Shown here: one piece after another, positions 51,628 to 60,786 of the stretch
Position numbering within the stretch: the first letter of the stretch is position 1
Layout: each line of letters opens with the position of its first letter
Source of the DNA: an uncultured delta proteobacterium
GTDB taxonomy: Bacteria; Myxococcota_A; Polyangia; Polyangiales; Houyiibacteriaceae
Reading direction: 5' to 3'
NCBI GenBank assembly: GCA_963699755.1
Contig: CAVOVB010000003.1
Span: 480,001-544,000 of the forward strand
DNA: 64,000 nucleotides
Notes under the pieces: model-generated
Seen by the model: only the letters and a program-made list of their open reading frames with translations
Database searches by the model: none
What the model was told of the DNA's origin: nothing
Program-made: the position numbers and the translations under genes

Positions 51628-51919
51628 CGTACCGGGGCGCGGAAAAAAACGCGTCACGGGGTTGCGTCGAACGGGGCGCCTTGCAGAGGTGGCCGGAGGG
51701 GCTGGGGGCCTGAGGCCACGCAAGGCGCCCCTCCATAAGGTGACAGGCCGAACCAGGCTCCCCAACAGCAGGCGGCAGCGCGAGCCCGCAGGGCGAAGCC
51801 CGGCGCGAATGCGCCGGCAAGGCGCAGCGAAGCGACCGCCGCGCCAGGTGGGGGTGGACGGGCGGTGTAACTAAACCTCACCACGCACCCAACTCAAGAT
51901 CCGCCCCCCCAAAACCGCG
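51628..51919. repeat. structured intergenic repeat, copy 2
   Basis: Homologous to 40099-40509 but lacks ~85 nt of its interior; boundaries approximate. Confidence 0.85.
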
Positions 51920-52006
51920 GCGGCCCACGTCGCTCGCGCGTCGCGCTCTTCACACCCGCACGATTTGCCTTGTCTTTGCGGGGGCTTTCCGGTTCACTTG
52001 CCGGCC

Positions 52007-52939
52007 ATGCGCGCTTGTAGACGTCTCGGCATCGCTGTGTTCGCCGTCGGCCTCGTGGCACTGACGGCTTGTGATACCGAGAAGCTCGCGGCGGATTCGA
52101 CCGCGGCGCTCTTCGGGCGAGCGGCTCCGGGCGTCGAGCAGCACTGGGACTACGAGCTCGTCGGCAAGTCGTTTCCAGCGAGCATCATCCAGCTCGAAGG
52201 CCTGCTGCGCGTCGTACCCGACAACGAGACGATCGGCCTGTCCTTGGTCGGCGCGTACATCGGTTACGGCACCGGGTGGATCGAAGACCGGGTCGAGGTT
52301 GCGGACATCGAGGACGACTGGGAAGAGGCCGACTACCTTCGACGCCGGGCTCTGGTCATGTACACCCGCGCATGGGATCTATCGAAGCACTTCCTGCGCC
52401 TCCGCGATCCGGGCTTTGACGAGGCGCTCAGGGGCGGGGTCGACACCCTCGAATCCTGGCTAAACGCGGTATTCGTCGAAAAAGCAGACGCGGCGATCTT
52501 GCTTTGGGCGGGGGCGTCGCTTGGCGCGCGAATCAACATGGGCATGGAGGACATGGACACCGTGGCGGACCTTCCGCTCGCGAAGGTGATTCTCAATCGC
52601 TCGGTCGAGCTAGACCCCGATTTCATGTTCATGATTGGTAAGATGACCATGGGCGTGTTGGCGGCTTCGGAGTTCCCACCCAACATGGATCGCGCCAAGC
52701 TGATCCTCGGCGAGGTGCTCGAACAGACGGAGCACCGCAATCTGATGGTCCAGCTGAACATGGCCCGCCACTACGCGGTGAACATCGGCGACCACGAGCT
52801 CTTCAAGGAGCTGCTGCAAGAGGTTCTCGATGCCGGCGACGTCCTTCCCGAGGCGCGCCTGTCGAACACGATCGCCCGGCGTCGCGCGGAGCGTTATCTC
52901 GGTCAAATCGAATTCTTCTTCAGCGACTTGAGCGAGTGA
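52007..52939 (+). CDS. TRAP transporter TatT-like lipoprotein
   Basis: Lipobox LTAC, 'LEGLLRVVPDN', helical TPR-like body, 'LSNTIARRRAERYL'. Confidence 0.75.
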   Translation: MRACRRLGIAVFAVGLVALTACDTEKLAADSTAALFGRAAPGVEQHWDYELVGKSFPASIIQLEGLLRVVPDNETIGLSLVGAYIGYGTGWIEDRVEVADIEDDWEEADYLRRRALVMYTRAWDLSKHFLRLRDPGFDEALRGGVDTLESWLNAVFVEKADAAILLWAGASLGARINMGMEDMDTVADLPLAKVILNRSVELDPDFMFMIGKMTMGVLAASEFPPNMDRAKLILGEVLEQTEHRNLMVQLNMARHYAVNIGDHELFKELLQEVLDAGDVLPEARLSNTIARRRAERYLGQIEFFFSDLSE

Positions 52940-52958
52940 TTCTGAGCGGCGGGTAGCC

Positions 52959-53291
52959 ATGTTCATCGTCCTGAACACGCTCGTATCGGCGCTCGTCATC
53001 GGCGTCGCGGCGTGGCTTTCGCGGCGGTACCCAGCGGGTGCGGGCTTCCTCATCGCATTGCCCCTGGCGACGATGCTCGTCTTGCCGATGGCGTATCTGC
53101 AACACAGGGATCCGGGGAGCGCGTTTCAAACGGCACGGAGCATTCTGGTCGCGCTTCCGATCACGCTCCTGTTCTTCGTCCCGTTTCTGATGCGGGACCG
53201 CTTCTCGTTTTGGGGCGCGTACGCCCTGGGCTGCGCCCTCTTGCCCGTTGGTTACATCGTGCATCGCGCGATCATGCGGGCCCTCGGCTGA
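52959..53291 (+). CDS. small membrane protein (DUF3147-like)
   Basis: Four hydrophobic segments; 'AGFLIALPL'. Confidence 0.65.
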   Translation: MFIVLNTLVSALVIGVAAWLSRRYPAGAGFLIALPLATMLVLPMAYLQHRDPGSAFQTARSILVALPITLLFFVPFLMRDRFSFWGAYALGCALLPVGYIVHRAIMRALG

Positions 53292-54035
53292 CTAGAGCGC
53301 CGCGCCGCCGTGAACGTCGATGGTCTCGCCGGTGAAGTAGTCGCAGTCGAAGATGAACTTCACGGCCCGCCAGATGTCCTCGGGCTGACCCATCCGGCCG
53401 AGCGGCACCGAGGCCTTGATCATGTCGAGCGCCTTCTGGTTCATGTTGGCGGTCATCGAGGTTTCGGTGGCGCCCGGTGCGACCGCCCCAACACGAATGC
53501 CGTAGGGCGCGAACTCTTTCATCCAGGTGCGGGTGTTTGCGGCCAGGGCGGCCTTGGCCGCGACGTAATTAGTTTGACCGCGGTTTCCGTGACGGGCGAT
53601 CGACGAGATGTTCACGATGACGCCGGGCTCGTCGCGCGCGATCATGTGCGCCACGACCTCTTGGACCATCAGGGCAGCGCCGGTGAGGTTGATCGCGATG
53701 ACCAGGTCCCAGTCTTCCCGGGACATGCGTCGGATCTCTCCGGTCGTGCGGCTCTTGCCGACCCAGAGGCCATCGCGGATGATGCCAGCGTTGTTGATCA
53801 GGGCATTGAGCCCGCCCATCTGTTCCGCAGCCCAAGGAACGAAGCTCGCGATCTCCTCCTGGTTGGCGACGTTGAGCGTTCGACGGTGGATGCCTTCGGG
53901 GAGGGCGGCCAGGCCTTCCTCGTTGACGTCGCCCACGGCGACCTCGGCGCCCGCAGCGAGAAGTTGTTTGGCAAAGTGCTCTCCGAGCCCGGAGGCGCCG
54001 CCGGTGACGATGACTTTGAGTTTCTCGAGCTCCAT
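53292..54035 (-). CDS. SDR oxidoreductase (FabG-like)
   Basis: 'TGGASGLG', 'INNAGIIRDG', 'GQTNYVAAK'. Confidence 0.92.
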   Translation of the reverse strand: MELEKLKVIVTGGASGLGEHFAKQLLAAGAEVAVGDVNEEGLAALPEGIHRRTLNVANQEEIASFVPWAAEQMGGLNALINNAGIIRDGLWVGKSRTTGEIRRMSREDWDLVIAINLTGAALMVQEVVAHMIARDEPGVIVNISSIARHGNRGQTNYVAAKAALAANTRTWMKEFAPYGIRVGAVAPGATETSMTANMNQKALDMIKASVPLGRMGQPEDIWRAVKFIFDCDYFTGETIDVHGGAAL

Positions 54036-54084
54036 GGAGGCGCTTCCTACTCGCTGAGGCCGCTCGGGTGCAAGCCGGTCGGCC

Positions 54085-54909
54085 CTAGAAACGACCGCCG
54101 AAGGACAAACCAGCGCCCTTCCTCGACACCGACGGGGCGAGCCTCCAGCTGAACTCGTGCCTCGGCATGGGCATCTTGCGGCTGTTGTAGTCGCTCCAGG
54201 CCTTCTCGCTCGGTGTGTTGCGGAATGACGCTGCAAAGGTGCCGAGCCCGACGAAGATGAAGAGGCCGCCCGAGACGTAGCCCGCCGCCCGATCGGCTCT
54301 GGCCCCGGAGTCGGGAATCGGCGTAAACGCGATCACCAAAACGCCGGCAAGCGCATTGGTCAAACCGCCCCAACGAACCAAGAGCCGCTCTCCTTCACGA
54401 AGCTCGCGTGCGGCCTGGAGCTCGCCTTCGAAATGGGCGAGCTCGACCGCGGTGATGCCCTCTTTGCGCGCCTCCTCCCAACGTTCGAGTCGGCGCTTTT
54501 CATGGGGGATACGGGTGAGGGCGTAGATGCCGGTGGTCAGATTGGCCATGCCGAGGGTCATGAACATGACGCCCAGGCCGCGAGAGTGCTGGCTCGGGGG
54601 CTCGTCTTCGATGAGGCGCCACGCGCTGAGGCCCAGCATGATCATGCCTCCGGTGATTCCCGCCGCGCCGGCAAACTTCTGTTCGCGGGCCGTCTGCTCG
54701 GTCGATCGCGCCAGCAGCTCGTCTAGAAGCTCTGCGTTGTATGCAAGGGCGTCGCGGTCGAAGAGATCGGGCTCTTGCGTGATCACGTCGGCGCCGGCTG
54801 GGACGTCCGCGTTGGCGTCCTGATTTTCGTCTTGCCCGGCTACCGTCGCCGGGGATAGCGCGAGGGCAAGCAACGCGAGAGCTGGAATCGAGGCCAGGGT
54901 TGGTCGCAT
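54085..54909 (-). CDS. hypothetical exported/membrane protein
   Basis: Signal peptide, two Gly-rich hydrophobic hairpins, C-terminal 'LAPSV...GLSFGGRF'. Confidence 0.7.
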   Translation of the reverse strand: MRPTLASIPALALLALALSPATVAGQDENQDANADVPAGADVITQEPDLFDRDALAYNAELLDELLARSTEQTAREQKFAGAAGITGGMIMLGLSAWRLIEDEPPSQHSRGLGVMFMTLGMANLTTGIYALTRIPHEKRRLERWEEARKEGITAVELAHFEGELQAARELREGERLLVRWGGLTNALAGVLVIAFTPIPDSGARADRAAGYVSGGLFIFVGLGTFAASFRNTPSEKAWSDYNSRKMPMPRHEFSWRLAPSVSRKGAGLSFGGRF

Positions 54910-54952
54910 GAGCGTCGGCCCTGGATAGCAGTGAGGGTCTGCCGCCGCCAAC

Positions 54953-55780
54953 TCAGCGCTTCTTGCGGTTTTGAAGGAACTGCTTGTGAGCCTGACTCAG
55001 CGAGTCATAGAAGCGCTGCGGGGCCGTTCGCTTGAGGCGCCAGGCCATCCGGCCTTCACGCATCGGCTGCACGTAGAGCTTCCCATCGCGCACCGAATCG
55101 ATGGCTGCCTTTGCGACGCCCGGCGCTTGCACTTTGGAGCGCTCCATCCAGCGGATCACCTGCGCATCTTCTTTCTTCGTGGTGGCCCCCCGTATCGCGC
55201 CGATGATGTTCGTTCGGAAGAACGTTGGGCATACGACCGCGACGCGGATACCTCGAGTCTTGTACTCCGCGTACAGGGTTTCGCTGAGCGAAACGACGCC
55301 CGCCTTCGTCACGTTGTAAGCGGACATGCTGGGCGGGGCCAAAAGGCCTGCTGCGGAGGCGATGTTGACCACGTATCCGTGCCCCTGCGCGCGCATCTTG
55401 GGAATCGCGGCCTGGCAACCATAGATCACGCCCCAAAGATTGATGTCGACCGCCCAGCGCCAGTCCTCGATCGAGATCTCGTCGAAGGGTCCGCCGACCG
55501 CAACCCCGGCGTTGTTGGCGATCAGGTCGATTCCGCCGAGCCGCATCTCGGTCTCCTCGACGAGGGAGAACACCGAGTCCCGATCGGTGACGTCGCATCG
55601 AATCGCTTCGGCCTGCGCCCCTTGGCCCCGCACGAGCGCGGCGGTCTCTTGTGCCGAAGACTCGACGATGTCGGAGATCATCAGAGAGGCGCCCCGGCCG
55701 GCGAGGTCGAGCGCCAATGCGCGGCCGAGGCCACTTCCGGCACCAGTGATGACCGCACGCAGCGGTTTCGGGAAAGACAT
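54953..55780 (-). CDS. SDR oxidoreductase
   Basis: 'ITGAGSGLG', 'NNAGV', 'YNVTKAGV'. Confidence 0.92.
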   Translation of the reverse strand: MSFPKPLRAVITGAGSGLGRALALDLAGRGASLMISDIVESSAQETAALVRGQGAQAEAIRCDVTDRDSVFSLVEETEMRLGGIDLIANNAGVAVGGPFDEISIEDWRWAVDINLWGVIYGCQAAIPKMRAQGHGYVVNIASAAGLLAPPSMSAYNVTKAGVVSLSETLYAEYKTRGIRVAVVCPTFFRTNIIGAIRGATTKKEDAQVIRWMERSKVQAPGVAKAAIDSVRDGKLYVQPMREGRMAWRLKRTAPQRFYDSLSQAHKQFLQNRKKR

Positions 55781-55901
55781 GAGTGGAGGGAAGCGCCGAA
55801 CCCTAGCTGCGTCAAGGTGCTTGCCAAAGGCCCGTCCGGTCGCCGCGCGCAAACCCTTCTGATCATGCGGTCGACTCGGTCCCTCGTCCCTGGGTTAAAT
55901 G

Positions 55902-55930
55902 AAAAGGGCGCCCCGAAGGACGCCCTTTTT
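55902..55930. terminator. intrinsic terminator (potentially bidirectional)
   Basis: AAAAGGGCG-ccccgaagga-CGCCCTTTTT, just downstream of the minus-strand Gly/Asp/Ser gene. Confidence 0.8.
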
Positions 55931-55958
55931 GCCTATGCAACAGTCGACCGGACTACTA

Positions 55959-56450
55959 CTACTTCTTCTTCTTCTTTCCGTTGTCCGTGCTGTTGCTCGC
56001 CTCGTCGTCGATACACGTGCCGCCTTCTGGGCAGGACGCGTCGGCTTCGCCGTTCGGGCCACCCTTGCCCTGGCCTGGGTTGCTAGAGTCAACACCATCC
56101 TCGTTGTTGCCGTGGCCATTGTTGCTCTTGCCCGAGTCGCCACCGGAGTCCCCGCCGCCAGCAGAGGCCCCTCCACCGGAGTCCCCAGCGGCGTCCCCGC
56201 CTCCGGAGTCGTCATTGGAGTCTCCCCCACCGGAGTCCCCTTTGGAGTCCCCGCCACCGGAGTCCCCTTTGGAGTCCCCGCCACCGTCGTTCTCCCATTC
56301 GCTCGCCTCTGGGGCTGCCGAATGGACGCGGTTTCCGAGATCGTCGGCGAGTAAGAACATAGAAAATGGGCTCGCGTTGGCCTCGATGAGCCCCAAAAAG
56401 CTCACCACCGCTGCGAGTCCAAGACCGATTGTCAAACGCGAGATTTTCAT
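55959..56450 (-). CDS. secreted Gly/Asp/Ser-rich repeat protein with an NNGHGNN motif
   Basis: Signal peptide ending ANA, GAGG RBS; (GGGDSKGDS)n; 'KSNNGHGNNEDGVDSSNPGQG'; C-x5-C; KKKKK tail. Confidence 0.75.
   Translation of the reverse strand: MKISRLTIGLGLAAVVSFLGLIEANASPFSMFLLADDLGNRVHSAAPEASEWENDGGGDSKGDSGGGDSKGDSGGGDSNDDSGGGDAAGDSGGGASAGGGDSGGDSGKSNNGHGNNEDGVDSSNPGQGKGGPNGEADASCPEGGTCIDDEASNSTDNGKKKKK
56142..56285. repeat. degenerate ~27-bp coding tandem repeat (GGGDSxxDS)
   Basis: Recurring ccggagtcccc units. Confidence 0.8.
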
Positions 56451-56527
56451 CTTTGGCACCTCTTTCGAATTCCAGTATAAGAAAAAAATTACAGTCCTCA
56501 AGTGGGGTATGTTACTGATTCTTCGTT

Positions 56528-56935
56528 TTATCGCGGGCTACTGGCTCCAATGATGTCCTTGAAGGCGTCGCCATCGATGTTGCCGGATGCGATGCAGTAC
56601 CAGGAGCGCGGACCGTCGTCCTGGATGAGTCGGAAGTTGTACCGACGTCCTTGGATCTCGGTTGCAGAGATGCGCTGGCCACCTTCGACCCGAAAGCCAA
56701 GTGCATCGAAGGTGCCGGCATACTTGCCTCGCGTCAGCAAGTGCTCGCGCTGAGCCGCCGCGAGCGCTCGAAACGTCATCACCGCTTCGGGACGCTTCGC
56801 GCGGGCCACGTACTGCTGATACCGATTGAGGCCAACGGATGCCAGGACCGAGATGATCACGGTCACGATCATCACGTCGAGCAAGGTATAGCCGCTTCGC
56901 CGCGCCCGCACTTGTGTTGCTTGCTTTCCGCTCAT
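56528..56935 (-). CDS. type IV pilin-like protein (PilE/PilA-like)
   Basis: Basic leader then [18 protein letters not shown] hydrophobic helix, '[13 protein letters not shown]', 'ASGNIDGD'. Confidence 0.85.
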   Translation of the reverse strand: MSGKQATQVRARRSGYTLLDVMIVTVIISVLASVGLNRYQQYVARAKRPEAVMTFRALAAAQREHLLTRGKYAGTFDALGFRVEGGQRISATEIQGRRYNFRLIQDDGPRSWYCIASGNIDGDAFKDIIGASSPR

Positions 56936-58176
56936 TTTCGCTCCTCCCCGTGGAGCCCTCCGTAAACGATGGTCTTGTCTTCCCAGTGCTGCGCGACGAC
57001 AGCGTCCCCCCGATGAAGGAAGCCGTCGCGGGCTCCCCAGCGCTTCTCCGCCGCCGAGAACAAAGTCTCCACTTCTTCGCGACGGCGCTCTTCCGACAGG
57101 AGCTCCCAGGACTCCTCCACCTGAGCGAATAGTACCGGCGGCTTGGACTCCGAAACCGAGGCTTCGGTGATGAAGCTCGAGAGGTCGCTTACGTCCTCCC
57201 GGCTGAGCGCCCGAAGCCCTCCTGAGTTGCCGAGATGCTCGCTGGCGAGAAAGAAGAGGCCAGCCAGCGCGACCGCGACACCAATCCCACGAGACAAGCG
57301 TTTCGCGCGCATTGGATCCACGACGAAGGTGGGCTTTGGCGCCGGAGTTTTCGGGACGACGGTTTCGGGCGCGGCCATGCGTTCCGGTTCCGTTGGCGCA
57401 TCGGGAACAACGCTTAGCAGGCCCGTGTTCCGATCCACGACGTCCGGATGCTCCATACCGACCTTGAGGTGCTCACGGTACTGACTCAGATCGAATAGCA
57501 GCTCGTCGATGAACTGGTATCGACTCGAGGGATCGTGGCAGGTCGCCTTGCGGACGATGCGGACGATGCCGGCAGGATAACTCCCGAGCTCTTCGAGCTT
57601 TGGAATGTCGCGTGCTTCCCGCGGTGGATCCCCGCCGGCGACCACGAAGTAGAGGAGGCGTCCAAGTGAGTAGATGTCCGAGCGCGTGTCGATGAGTCGC
57701 TGACTCGCGGTTTCAGGCGGTACGTACGGACCGCTTCGGGGAGCGATCCGGGGGCCCAAGAAGAACGGCTTGAGCTGGTCGTCGACCGGGATGTACTTCG
57801 GCGAAATCGTGCCCACCGGAACGTCGGTCGCATGGAAGCGCGCGACGATGCCTGCGACCGCAGTGAAATGCCGTAGCCGCTCATCGAGACGCCACGAGCT
57901 CCACGGCAAATCGCGGAAGATACCCTTGGGCGCCGGTGTCGCGAGAATCACGTAGGCGTCTTGCTTGACGATTTCGATTCCGGACGCGTCGGCGTAGCGC
58001 GGGATGTTTTGGAAATTGAGCTTCTGCCCGTCGGTGGTGACCGCTTGCAGGACGATGACCGAGACCTCCCGGTCCTCGCGATCCAGACCGCTATGCACGA
58101 CGATACCAGGCGCGCGGAAGATGGGCTTCCCCACCAGCACACCTGCCACGAAGGCATTGGTTGCAGTTTCTTGCAT
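56932..58176 (-). CDS. membrane-anchored Ser/Thr kinase-like protein, catalytically degenerate
   Basis: Kinase C-lobe 'YVPPE', '[17 protein letters not shown]', '[14 protein letters not shown]'; no VAIK lysine, HRD or DFG; Pro-rich linker and one TM; start uncertain (58176 or 58245). Confidence 0.75.
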   Translation of the reverse strand: MQETATNAFVAGVLVGKPIFRAPGIVVHSGLDREDREVSVIVLQAVTTDGQKLNFQNIPRYADASGIEIVKQDAYVILATPAPKGIFRDLPWSSWRLDERLRHFTAVAGIVARFHATDVPVGTISPKYIPVDDQLKPFFLGPRIAPRSGPYVPPETASQRLIDTRSDIYSLGRLLYFVVAGGDPPREARDIPKLEELGSYPAGIVRIVRKATCHDPSSRYQFIDELLFDLSQYREHLKVGMEHPDVVDRNTGLLSVVPDAPTEPERMAAPETVVPKTPAPKPTFVVDPMRAKRLSRGIGVAVALAGLFFLASEHLGNSGGLRALSREDVSDLSSFITEASVSESKPPVLFAQVEESWELLSEERRREEVETLFSAAEKRWGARDGFLHRGDAVVAQHWEDKTIVYGGLHGEERK

Positions 58177-58286
58177 GACTTGCAGTATAGGTGCGGAAAT
58201 ACAGTTTAGCCACACTTCAAGTGCCGAGATGGAAAGTTCGACCATGCTGTAACTCCGGGGCGAAGGTGTCGTATCCTCCGCGGGTC

Positions 58287-59651
58287 ATGCGGATCGTCAT
58301 CATCGGCAACGGCGTCGCGGGCATGGAGGCGGCCCTGGCGGTCCGCGCCAGGGAGCCGAGCTGGGAGCTCTGCCTGGTTTCCGAGGAGAGCGACCACTTC
58401 TTTTCGCGCACGGCGTTGATGTGGGTGTTCAGCGGCCAGATGAGTCATCGGGACATCGAGCCCTTGGAGCGAGATGCGTACGAGAGACTTGGGTTTCGAA
58501 GGGTCCGAGCGCGGGTGATTGGAATCGATACAGTCAAACGGCTCGTCTCCTTGGCTGGGAATCACGAGCCAGTCCCCTACGACCGTTTGCTGATCTGTTC
58601 GGGCTCCGCTCCGCGCCCTGGGCCCTGGCCTGGAAGTGACGCAGCCGGTGTGGGCCATTTCGTCACCTTGCAGGACCTCGCCTGGTATGAGCGCGAGGTC
58701 CACGGCGGGACCTCTCATGGCGGCGGGCCCCCGAGGCCCGAAGAGCATCTGGCCGCGACGGCGAACGATTCGCCTTATCGGTTTCGTGAGGTCGCAGCGG
58801 AGCGTCGCGGCCGGCCCGCCCAACGGCCAGCGGTCATCGGCGGGGGGCTCATCGGAATCGAGGCGGTGGAGGTCGCCCTGACTGCCGGCCTTCGGCCCCG
58901 GTTCTTCATCCGCGAGGAGTGGTTCTGGCCGATCGCGTTGGAGCCTCGCGAAGCGGCATGGATCGCCGACCGCATGAGGCAGCACGGGATCGAGGTGCAC
59001 CTCGAGCACGAGGTGGAAGCGCTCGAGGTCCAAGCCGACGGCAACGTCGCGGCAGTGCGCACCAACGAGGGGCGATACGAAGCCGACTGCGCCGTGATCG
59101 CGATTGGAGTCGTCCCGAACACGTCCTGGTTGGCCAACTCGGCGATCGAGCTCGACGAGCACGGCGGCATCGTGGTCGACGAAGGTTTACAGACGAGCGC
59201 AGTGGACGTGTTCGCCGCCGGCGACTGCGCGTCGGTACGCTGGTTCGACGGCACCCGCCGGCCCGAGCAGCTCTGGTACACCGCGCGCGATCAAGGCCGT
59301 GTGGCGGGGCGACGGCTCTTGGGTGACTCGCTGCGCTACGAGCGGGGAGCCTGGTACAACTCCGCCAAGCTGATGGACATCGAGTACACGACCGCGGGCC
59401 TGGTGAACTGGAATCTCGATGACGAGAAGAACTGGTTTTTCGAGGAAGACGGCAAGGTGCGCAGCACCACCCGGGTCGTCACGCAGAACGACCGTGTCGT
59501 CGGGTTCAACATGTTGGGTCGGCGCTGGGATCACAGCGTGCTCATTCGATGGATTGAAGAGAAGCGAAGCCTCGACTGGGTGCTTGGTCACCTTACCGAA
59601 GCCGCGTTCGATACGGAGCTCGTGCCGCCGCTGCGCATTCGGGGAGCATGA
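58287..59651 (+). CDS. FAD/NAD(P)-dependent pyridine nucleotide-disulfide family oxidoreductase
   Basis: 'IVIIGNGVAG', 'YDRLLICSG', 'VIGGGLIGIE', 'AIGVVPN', 'TSAVDVFAAGDC'. Confidence 0.9.
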   Translation: MRIVIIGNGVAGMEAALAVRAREPSWELCLVSEESDHFFSRTALMWVFSGQMSHRDIEPLERDAYERLGFRRVRARVIGIDTVKRLVSLAGNHEPVPYDRLLICSGSAPRPGPWPGSDAAGVGHFVTLQDLAWYEREVHGGTSHGGGPPRPEEHLAATANDSPYRFREVAAERRGRPAQRPAVIGGGLIGIEAVEVALTAGLRPRFFIREEWFWPIALEPREAAWIADRMRQHGIEVHLEHEVEALEVQADGNVAAVRTNEGRYEADCAVIAIGVVPNTSWLANSAIELDEHGGIVVDEGLQTSAVDVFAAGDCASVRWFDGTRRPEQLWYTARDQGRVAGRRLLGDSLRYERGAWYNSAKLMDIEYTTAGLVNWNLDDEKNWFFEEDGKVRSTTRVVTQNDRVVGFNMLGRRWDHSVLIRWIEEKRSLDWVLGHLTEAAFDTELVPPLRIRGA

Positions 59652-59652
59652 C

Positions 59653-60783
59653 ATGGACCAGCAAGGGCAAAACGGACTCCTGACGACCTATCGCGAGGGC
59701 TGGCGCAATCGGAACGTCGTCGGGCTCGTAGTCTCCCTGCTGCTGGTCGCGTTTTACGTCGTTTTGTACTGGGAGCACAAGGTCGAAGAGAAGCTCGGCG
59801 TCGCTCCGTTGACTGCGTTGTCCGAAGCGCTCGGCTTGCGCAATCGCTGGTACCTCTACGGCTTCCTCTATGCGGTCGCGATGATCGCGGGCGCCATCTA
59901 CTACCTTCGGCGCCACGGCAACAGCCGCTACAACCGATTTCGAATCACGGTGAACGTCGCGATTCAAGTTGCGCTGGGGTTCACGCTTCCGTTCATCATG
60001 CCCCTCTTTGGCGGCGAGGAAGTCTATTTGTCGTACTTCTGGCCGCTCAAGTACGACTACCTGTATCCGCAAACGCTCGCCGATCTTCCTTTGTATTTCT
60101 CTCTTTACACCGTCGTGGGCTCCCTCATCGCCGCGCCGGTCTTGGCCGTGCTTTACGGCAAACGTTGGTACTGCTCCTGGGTCTGCGGTTGTGGGGGCCT
60201 CGCCAATACGTTTGGTGACCCATGGAGACATTTGACGAGCAAATCGACCAAGTCCTGGCGCTTCGAGCACCTGAGCATTCACCTGGTGTTGCTCCTTGCG
60301 ATCGCGACGACCTTGCTGATCGGCCTGGACTGGCTGATCGGCAGCGAGCACCCGACGTTTCATCGGATCGTTTCGGGGAACGACTGGAGGGATTGGTCGA
60401 TCAAGAGCTTCTACGGATTCGCGGTCGGCTCGATCTTGGCCGGCGTGATCGGGACTGGCCTCTATCCGCTTTTTGGTCCGCGAGTCTGGTGCCGTAACTT
60501 CTGCCCGATGGCTGCCATTCTCGGCTGGGTTCAGAAAGTGGGACGGTATCGAATCAAGGTAAAGCCGGGGATGTGCATCTCCTGCGGCAACTGCAGCACC
60601 TATTGCGAGATGGGTATCGATGTTCGCTCCTATGCGCAGGCCGACCAGAGCTTCACTCGTGCATCTTGTGTGGGCTGCGGAATGTGCGCGCACATGTGTC
60701 CACGCGGCGTCCTCAAGCTCGAGAACAGCTGGGACCGGGCGGAGGACAAGGAGCGTCAACGACTTGCCGTCGTCGATTTCTAG
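59653..60783 (+). CDS. membrane 4Fe-4S protein (NapH/YccM-like)
   Basis: Several TMs, 'RWYCSWVCGCG', 'RVWCRNFCP', 'CISCGNCSTYCE', 'CVGCGMCAHMCP'. Confidence 0.9.
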   Translation: MDQQGQNGLLTTYREGWRNRNVVGLVVSLLLVAFYVVLYWEHKVEEKLGVAPLTALSEALGLRNRWYLYGFLYAVAMIAGAIYYLRRHGNSRYNRFRITVNVAIQVALGFTLPFIMPLFGGEEVYLSYFWPLKYDYLYPQTLADLPLYFSLYTVVGSLIAAPVLAVLYGKRWYCSWVCGCGGLANTFGDPWRHLTSKSTKSWRFEHLSIHLVLLLAIATTLLIGLDWLIGSEHPTFHRIVSGNDWRDWSIKSFYGFAVGSILAGVIGTGLYPLFGPRVWCRNFCPMAAILGWVQKVGRYRIKVKPGMCISCGNCSTYCEMGIDVRSYAQADQSFTRASCVGCGMCAHMCPRGVLKLENSWDRAEDKERQRLAVVDF

Positions 60784-60786
60784 CGC

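Noticed and set aside
51857..51868. GACGGGCGGTGT resembles the 16S rRNA 1392R primer site
   Set aside because: Only 12 nt match and the surrounding sequence is not rRNA-like
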